A stretch of DNA of 63,820 nucleotides, counting the filler, from Craspedostauros australis (taxonomy: Eukaryota), in NCBI GenBank assembly GCA_030167865.1. It is 11 parts of 11 records of this genome, joined end to end, with 100 filler letters (N's around TTAATTAATTAA, not from the genome) between each part and the next. Parts side by side here need not be neighbours in the genome. Positions count along the whole stretch, not along the records: positions 36,233 to 57,763 come from JALAGF010001513.1; positions 57,864 to 61,540 come from JALAGF010001514.1; positions 61,641 to 63,820 come from JALAGF010001516.1; 8 more parts are not named here. The stretch is one strand, 5' to 3'. The stretch's first letter is position 1. Each line of letters begins with the position of its first letter. Below, one piece after another: positions 56,387 through 63,820 of the stretch. The notes beneath the pieces are model-generated. The model was given only the letters and a program-made list of their open reading frames with translations. It had not been told where the DNA came from and did no database searches. The position numbers and the translations under genes were made by a program.

Positions 56387-57418
56387 ACTGGTCCAGAACA
56401 GCGACAACAACGACAATCGTTGAAGGTCGTGGACCCCATGTGCGGCAGCGGTTCCTTCTTGCTGGAGGCTTTGATGATCGCCACGGACTTCGCACCGGGC
56501 CTCATGCGCATGAAGTGCGGCATGCGCGGACAATCGCATCCACCGGCCGTGCGTTGGGATGACTCGCAAAACGCCGACGCCATGTGGAAGGACATCCTGA
56601 AGGACGCCGCGCAACGTGCCAAGCGAGGCGTGCAGGAATTGCGACGCACGCAGTACGCGACCTTTCACGGCAACGACATTCATGCCGGGGCGTTGGATAT
56701 TCTGGAAGATTCATTGGCGGCCGCCGGCCTCACCGAGTTTGTGGAAGTGGTGCAAGGCGATTGCTATGATTTGGACTTGGAACTGGACGATGATGACAGT
56801 GTGACATCGCGTCCGCCGTACTTCGTCATCACCAATCCGCCGTGGGGCGTGCGCCTGACGGAGGACATCACAGAGAGCTGGGACGGACTGCGGTACTTCC
56901 TGCGTGACACCGCCCCGCCCAACACGGAGGCCTGGGTCCTGTCCGGTCACAAATCCTCCACCTCGATGCTAAAATTGAAACGCGACAAGATGATTCCCAT
57001 CCAGACCGGCGAGCAGGATCTGCGTTGGATCCAGTATACCATCCGTGGCAAGCCAGATAAGACGCAACGGCAGGACGATGAGGATGGCGATCCCTCCAAG
57101 GAGGGTGCATCTCTGGCAGATGCGCCTCAGCGGGTGTTCCGCGAGAAATCCAGGATGCCGCAAGAAACCTTCGATTCGCCGCCACCGCAGCGGCGACAAG
57201 ACTACTCGAACAACCAGCGAGACAACCGTAACGGAGGCAGTCGTAACGGAGGCAGTCGTAACGGAGGTAATCGCAATGGAGGTAGTCGCAACGGAGGCAA
57301 TTGGAACAGCAAGAATGGGAATGGAAGCAATTGGAACAGGAAGAAGCAACCAAAGAAGAAAAAGAAGAAGACGTACGCCAGCGACAGTAACCCGAAGACC
57401 AACGAGTGGTTGATCTGA
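55316..57418 (+). CDS. THUMP-domain rRNA (guanine-N2) methyltransferase, RlmL-like, predicted plastid-targeted
   Basis: YLATCIPGL..LAEEL, SLHKRGYR, MKESLAAGL, DPMCGSGSFLLEA, TNPPWG. N-terminal signal peptide ending ALA-FQP, followed by a Ser/Thr/Arg-rich transit-like stretch. Confidence 0.88.
57226..57300 (+). repeat. Coding 15-bp tandem repeat encoding (RNGGS/N)5
   Basis: CGTAACGGAGGCAGT-like units in the C-terminal tail of the methyltransferase. Confidence 0.85.
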
Positions 57419-57863
57419 GGACTCTCTGCTACGACCTGCGCCAAACCGTAAACTGGGTCACGATAACGCTAGTTGTAGAGTTTTGGCCCCTTGTTGCCAC
57501 TGGTTTGCTTGCTTTTGGGAGAAACGGCGATTGTACATTTAGAGCTATTTCGTGTTTACTCTCGCTGATCCGTCTTCTACGTCACAGGGGACGGATTCCA
57601 CGTCATGCAAAACGAGTCACAACAGAGGAAGAGACATCGTGTGACTCTTCCTCCACAAGACAACGTGATGACCGTGCGAAGCAACAACAGAATGCCAGCA
57701 GATCCGAAGGTTCGTCATCTCGCAGTCAGCAACTCCACTGGCAAGGCTCCGTCATTCCGGTCANNNNNNNNNNNNNNNNNNNNNNNNNNNNNNNNNNNNN
57801 NNNNNNNTTAATTAATTAANNNNNNNNNNNNNNNNNNNNNNNNNNNNNNNNNNNNNNNNNNNN

Positions 57864-60800
57864 TCTGGATCTCTGTCGGAGGTGGCCACAACTGGCCAGC
57901 CCGTTCCTCCATTGCATCTACCTTCCCATCGGCTCCCCATTCTCCATACAGACGCTTCGCTTCGTCATAATGAAACTTGGCGCTCTCCTTATCTGCCGTA
58001 TGCATCAAGTAGAATTCGGCGAGACGTTCATTGGAGAATGCCCGCATGTTCATCAAACCACGACGAGCGGTCAATCGAATTGCTCGTTGATAGTTGACCA
58101 CCGTCGGGTGTGCTTCGCCGGGCTTCAGGCGGCGGCGCTTCCCGATCGCGCGCTCGGCATCGATCATGTTGAGAAAGTGAGCGCAGTTCGGATTCCCTCG
58201 ATTGGTCCAGCTTTCCAGTAGCTTCCTCGCCTTCTTGGCCATGCGCTTGTACTGTGAGATAGCACGCCGGCCTTTGTGCTTGAGTGTCGCAGCAGCAATG
58301 TAGCAAGAAATGGAACAGGTGAATGTGAATGGTACGCGTCCAAGCTGTCCTGGTGTATTGTCGTGATGGTACTCCATTCCAGTGACGGCGATGTCGGCCG
58401 CCATCTCGAAGTCGCGGAAGTACATGGCAGTGTATGACTTGAATCGCCTGAGATGCACTTGCATGAGATGATTGTTGGTCTCCACGTACCGGTTCATCTG
58501 AATAGTCTCGTTGAAGGCATCGCCTATCAGTAAGACGCGCTCGTTCGATGTGCCTCTCAGGTTCATGATCACCTGCCACACGATGGCCAAGGATTCAGAG
58601 TGACGCATCTGCCCGTAGTCAGCGGCCATGGCAGTGTATGTGGAGTAGTCGACGTCCAGCGTCTTCAGCGATCTTCCCGTGTACCAGCACATGTCCAGGT
58701 AGGAGTATATGCACCACAGTGCTGAGTCCACATCGCCAGTGGCCATTCCGACGCTGTAGGCCTTCAACAGAGGCTCCCTGAGGTTTTCGTAGGGCTGTGT
58801 GAAGTGCAGGACGAATGTATGGCAGATCATGATGACGCGGCTTTCCGAAGCCCGATCCTTCATCTGGTGCAGCATGTCCAGTGCTCGTTGTGCGCAGATT
58901 CGTCCGCGCTCCGAATCACCCAAAGCATCGTCGAAGATTAGGCCCAAGAGGGCAAAAGCCGCCGGCGAGTAACATGACACGCCGTTGGCAAACGTCCTGT
59001 CCACCATCTTCATCAGCACCAGAGGCATTAGCTCCTGTTCTGACAAATACGTGCATGTGGTGAACTTGTCGAGCGCCTTCATGATCGCAGTCTCCTCTGC
59101 ATCGATAGCATCGGGCAGGGCATCTATCGCATGCGCCGTCCAGGATTTGACCGAGGCCTTCATCTTCATCAGACCGTACAGAGTGCTGGCCGTCATCACG
59201 ACCTTGCTAGTTGGGAACTTGCACCCGAACTGCGACAGCACCTCCCGACCCAGCCTGGTAGCGTCGCTGGCCTGCTCGAAGTCGGAGCTGCCCAGGTTGG
59301 CATCCATCAGGACGTGGTAGGCTCGCATCTTGTCGAGGATGGGGCAGTCGAGGTTGGTGATGGCGCGGCCGTATTCCTGCACCTTCGAATGATCAAAGGT
59401 GACGAACGCGCATTCCATGGCCGATGCGTAAAGGTCCAAGCTCATCTCGTAGTAGTTCTGCCAGTGGCCTTCGGGCAGTAGATCGATGGCAGCTTGGAAG
59501 TATCTGTACGCAGAACGGAAGGCCGCGGAAGAGACGGCCTTGGATCCCGCGGAGTGGTTGAGCTTGGCGACGAGGAACCGTTGGCATGACTCGATGGAGG
59601 TCTGAGGTGGGTAGAGCGGGACCAGATCCAATCTCACATTCAGGAGATTCACGACGATGAAAATGGATTGGTCCAGCTCCTTTGGCGATAGCTCGTCCAC
59701 GAGGATGGTGCCAAGACGGAACTGCAGCTCTGACAGCTTGTCATCGGGGATCATGTCCATCGACGACTCTTGGACCTTGTCATGGATGAAGGAGTATTCG
59801 GTTGGGATGGGCATAGGCATGGCCGTGGCACATCCATCCGTGGCGAGCCCGTCATCATGCATATCAAGCATGTCTGGCTCCACGGAATGGGCGTCGATCA
59901 ACCCTTCATCTTGGCAGGTGAGGAGGATTTGCACCGTCATGGAGTCATCGTTGGGTGGTAGACCTCCGAACACGCTCCTGTAGAACTCTTGGTCATCGCT
60001 GGACTTGCGGAATCCATTCATGACGTGTCGCAGCAGCGACCACGAGAATGTCGACCCAAGGCACGCTGCGAGCGGCAGCACGTACCGGGCATTGCTGATC
60101 TGTTGGAGCTTCAGCTTCATGAGCTCAACCACGTTCATGGTGGCTGGCGTGCTCTTCTGGATCTCGATGCAATCCCATCTCCACTGCCCGATGCCGAAGT
60201 TGTAGCTCAGCAAGTCTTGATCCACCAGGAGTCGCAAGAACTGCTGCACGAAGAAGACGTTGCCGTCCGTCTTCCTGTGCACAATCTCTGCCAGCTCTTG
60301 GCTCTCGTCCAGTCGGGTGTCGCAGCCTCCCAGCAGCTCCACAAGCATGGCATGGACGTAGTCCACGAGGAGGTTGCCAACTTCGATGCCGACGACTCGG
60401 ATTCCTCGCTCGCGCTTGGCACGCTCGATGGACTTTAGCATGAGCTGGCACAGGTTGGTCTCGGTTTGCTCCACGAGGTTGGAACGGTAGCAGGCCACCA
60501 CCATGAGCGATGCGATGTCGGTGTCCAGCATCCATGATTCCATCATGTCAAGCGATGCCTTGTCAGCCCACTGTACATCATCCGACACCCATACCAACGG
60601 GCAGTAGCTGCACACCGCTCGGATGAAGTTTCGGAATGCGAACTTCAATCGATCGGCTTGCTCTCGGAAGCCACCAGTCTGATCCTGTTGCTTCTGTCGC
60701 TTGTCTTGGTGCTTGTGCTTGTGTTGGAGCTTGTGCTTGTGTTGGAGCTTGGGGGTGGCATGATGATCGCCATCACTGTCGCCATCGGCATCGGCATTGC

Positions 60801-61524
60801 CATTTTCGCTGGCATCGCCATCTTCGTCCTCAGCTCCATTGGCGAACAGAGCATCGCTTCCAACGACGTCCACGATGTTGGGAATGAGCTTGGAGAGGAT
60901 CTGGAGCTCCTGGTGATCGAGACAGTCGATGATCTGGTCACGAAGATCCTCGAAGCATCGCGGATCCTGATCGGCGAACGATGACCTCTTGCTCTCTGTG
61001 GTATTGGGGCGTCCATTGGGCTGCTGGTTCTTTCGCCTTGGCAGTTTTTGGATCTGGTAGCAGAGATTGACCATGGCCGTCTTGAAGCCGGAGAATGGTT
61101 CCTCCATCTGCTTCAGATCGAACTTCCCCACGACGTAGAATGCACGATGAGCGATGCATTTGGAGCACAGGCTGGCGGCCAGGGCGGACTTGCCGGTTCC
61201 CGAAAGTCCGGAGATGGATACGAACGATCGGATGCCCTTGCCATCTGGCTTGATTTCGGATGTTGTCAATGGGTTGTTGTCTCCATCGTGTGCGTCGAGA
61301 GATTGATCATCGGAGTGTCTCACAGGAGTGGGCCCCATGTCAGATGCGGAGGCCCATGGCTTGGATAGAGTCGCTCGGGCTGAAGCTGCGTGTCTTGATT
61401 GTTGGAATGCCTTGATGACTTGGCCAAACGCACGATGCAGCACCCGTTGCTCGCAGTCCCTGCCGATCAAGCCCAAGCGAGAGAAGTTGAGCTTGTCCTG
61501 CGACAGCTCTGCCATCTTGGACAT
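57864..61524 (-). CDS. STAND-like AAA ATPase with winged-helix and TPR-like helical C-terminus (~1225 aa when completed by 36689-36702)
   Basis: LGLIGRDCE, Walker A GLSGTGKS, Walker B WVSDDVQWAD, RKTDGNVFFVQQFL, YSFIHDKVQE, long helical repeats, YGEWGA terminus. The contig ends 16 nt upstream of the ATG, so the N-terminus may be incomplete. Confidence 0.88.
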
Positions 61525-63649
61525 GGCTTTCACGTGGTCGNNNNNNNNNNNNNNNNNNNNNNNNNNNNNNNNNNNNNNNNNNNNTTAATTAATTAANNNN
61601 NNNNNNNNNNNNNNNNNNNNNNNNNNNNNNNNNNNNNNNNAGAAGGCATAGTTGTTCCGCCATCTCCTGTTGCTGTAGGACAAAGCACTCGTTCTCATCA
61701 AGATGAAGAAATTGCTTTCGGACATTTGGACAGCCAAGCAGCCCCGTGCATCAATCATCGTACTGGCGAATACCGCTTCGAAGTTCACGCAACTCCATCC
61801 ACCTTCTCTTTCTATCGCCCTTGCCTCAGTTTGCAAACGGAACGTGTCGTGTCACATTCGGCGAGCGGGATGTGTCTGCTCGCACTCGGAGGCTATTCTG
61901 GTCAGGACAGATGTGCTTCCTGTACCACAGAGTACGCGCGAGGCTTTGCCCTCTACCTGCGTTCGTGGTTGCGCTCACTGTTTCCGCTGTTGAAGCAAGA
62001 CTGCACAACGAAGATCAAGCCCAGAAAGCGCGTACCTGGGCGATTGGCCTCAACACGGTTGGTGGCAACATGTCCAAAGACATCCAGCCAAAAATTGATG
62101 GCGCAGACGCTGGCTAAGCCCTGTCGAGCTGTCCTGCACTGGGCAATCAATGGCAACAGAAGCAGCTCCTAGTGTTCATAGCCTCTCCCACGGGACGTCG
62201 ATCACACGTCTACAGTAGTACCTTTGCGTTTTGTGATGCCAAGCGCACGGACTAAATGGACTAATAAGGCAGTCCCATTGGAAAACGACGCCAAAAACGT
62301 ATTTACCGCGGTTCCCATGTGGTGATGGGGTGGACAAGTGGATGGATGGGTGGATGGATGAAGCTGCGCAAAGTAGATTGCGCTGGTGTTGAAACCAAGA
62401 ATGCTCGGGCAATGTTAGGAGGCTGTCGCTCGTGGACAAGTTGAACTTCGTCGCACACGTCCCATACCAGCTGCCACCGCACACGCCGTCATCACCAAGC
62501 CTGTGCCATGGACACACGCGCACAAGTATATCCACGAGAGACGTACAGGACCTTGCAGATGTTTCTCACCCCGGACGAAACACTCGAACGTAGTGTACGA
62601 GATAGACAAGAGAGGCCCAAGCGCTCGTATCTGACAACAAATGAAGTCGCCACCATCAAGTGTTTCGTTGGGGGAGGGTGTATCAGTGGTGTCGCGTGCG
62701 AAAGCTCGTGCGAGGATGTAACCGGAGGTGTTGGTACGAGCGGAGCCGTGACGGCATTGCGCATGTGGAGACGATCGCGCTTTGGTGCTGATTTTTGGAA
62801 TTACCTCCTTTCAAATTGATCCGAAAGCCGTGTTCTGGTGCACAATTGTACGAGTATGCACGCTCATGATGCGAATGATGCGCGTGGCCTCGATTTGCCG
62901 TCTAATCTCAACCATGGTTATTGCTTTGCAACGATCGCGATGTTGATTTCTCGTTTGTTCCCATTTTTTTTCTTTCTGGCAACCATTTCCCCTTGTTGGC
63001 GTTGGTTGAGTTGGTGCCACCATGGCCCCAGCTGGCATCCGACGCTGATTGGAAGGTTTCCATGTCGCGCCAATGTCGTTTGTTGATGAAAAAGAACGCC
63101 ACCGCCGATGGTGGGATGGCAGTGGTACCGATCCATCCATGATTTCGAACGATTGCTCTGTTTGCTCCACCATCATCGCTCTTCACTGGATTCGCTGATT
63201 GCGCGACGCCGAGACCTCTCTTACCATCTGGGAGAGCAAGCGTGCATGGGAAGCCCATCTTCGGTACAACGGCCCACCAGGGATCAGCGACCCCTTCAGT
63301 TCTTGTACTCTGCACGAAGTGTTTCGTCGCCATCACTTATAGTACTTGTGCTGCTTGGTGGTGGAATGACACCAAAACCGTTTGGGATTGCGCTCTCGGG
63401 CGGGAGATTCATCCTCGTGATCATCTTTGCACGATCACAAGTGACTCTCCTTATGACCCCATTCAGGATACGATAGTATACAAATGCGGATTTTTTATTT
63501 TATTACCTATATCATCCTATTATATTGTAGAGAGTATATGTGTGAAGTTACAAGCTCCTGGGCCCTGTAGTTAAAAAGTTTATATTTTTCGCACTAATCT
63601 ACAACTAAAAACGTTGCGCATGCGGACGTGAAGGGGCAAATGGGGTTCG

Positions 63650-63808
63650 GAATCGCCAGTCGTGCTTCAGGTTGATTTCCAGTCGTGTCCATCATTGACA
63701 CACTCACATTTCGCGTGGGTGAGGTGGTTGGGTGCGAAAACATGTTGAGGATTGTGAAGTGGCAGCATGCATACTGAGGCTTCTGCTTCGTCTGGACTGT
63801 GGATCAGT
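63650..63808 (+). repeat. Dispersed repeat, copy B (copy A at 11603-11761)
   Basis: Ungapped 159-bp match, ~81% identity by manual count. Confidence 0.9.
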
Positions 63809-63820
63809 TGTCAAAATCCA

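Noticed and set aside
8168..61640. Regularly recurring TTAATTAATTAA flanked by Ns, resembling a repeat array or conserved motif
   Set aside because: Artificial contig linker of constant 100-nt length; ORFs ending in X...LIN are artefacts of it.
61641..63640. Short ORFs on the last contig
   Set aside because: No recognisable domains or coding-like bias; treated as intergenic or decayed sequence.

Overview
Eukaryotic genomic sequence, most likely a pennate diatom (inferred from gene families, GT-AG introns, a bipartite plastid-targeting motif and the transposon types). The window is 11 contigs joined by ten artificial 100-nt spacers (N44-TTAATTAATTAA-N44), so adjacency across spacers carries no biological meaning. 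Host genes: a 2331-aa receptor-type nucleotide cyclase-phosphodiesterase fusion with His/Asp-rich ectodomain repeats; two STAND-like P-loop ATPases; a partial fatty-acyl-AMP-ligase/carrier-protein/Pls-like membrane synthetase; an EamA transporter; an SLC4 anion transporter; a spliced 7TM receptor; a circularly permuted, membrane-anchored NikA-like metal-binding protein; cathepsin X; and a plastid-targeted THUMP RNA methyltransferase. Mobile DNA: a complete 8.5-kb RNase H-encoding (Ambal-type) LINE with a 16-bp target-site duplication, the 3' end of a second such LINE, a 605-bp MITE, and a Copia pol fragment with many CpG-type mutations. Strongest leads: the permuted NikA, the FAAL-ACP-Pls-like synthetase, the His-rich cyclase-PDE, and the LINE with a conserved structured 3' end. 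All family assignments come from motif recognition by eye; no searches were run.
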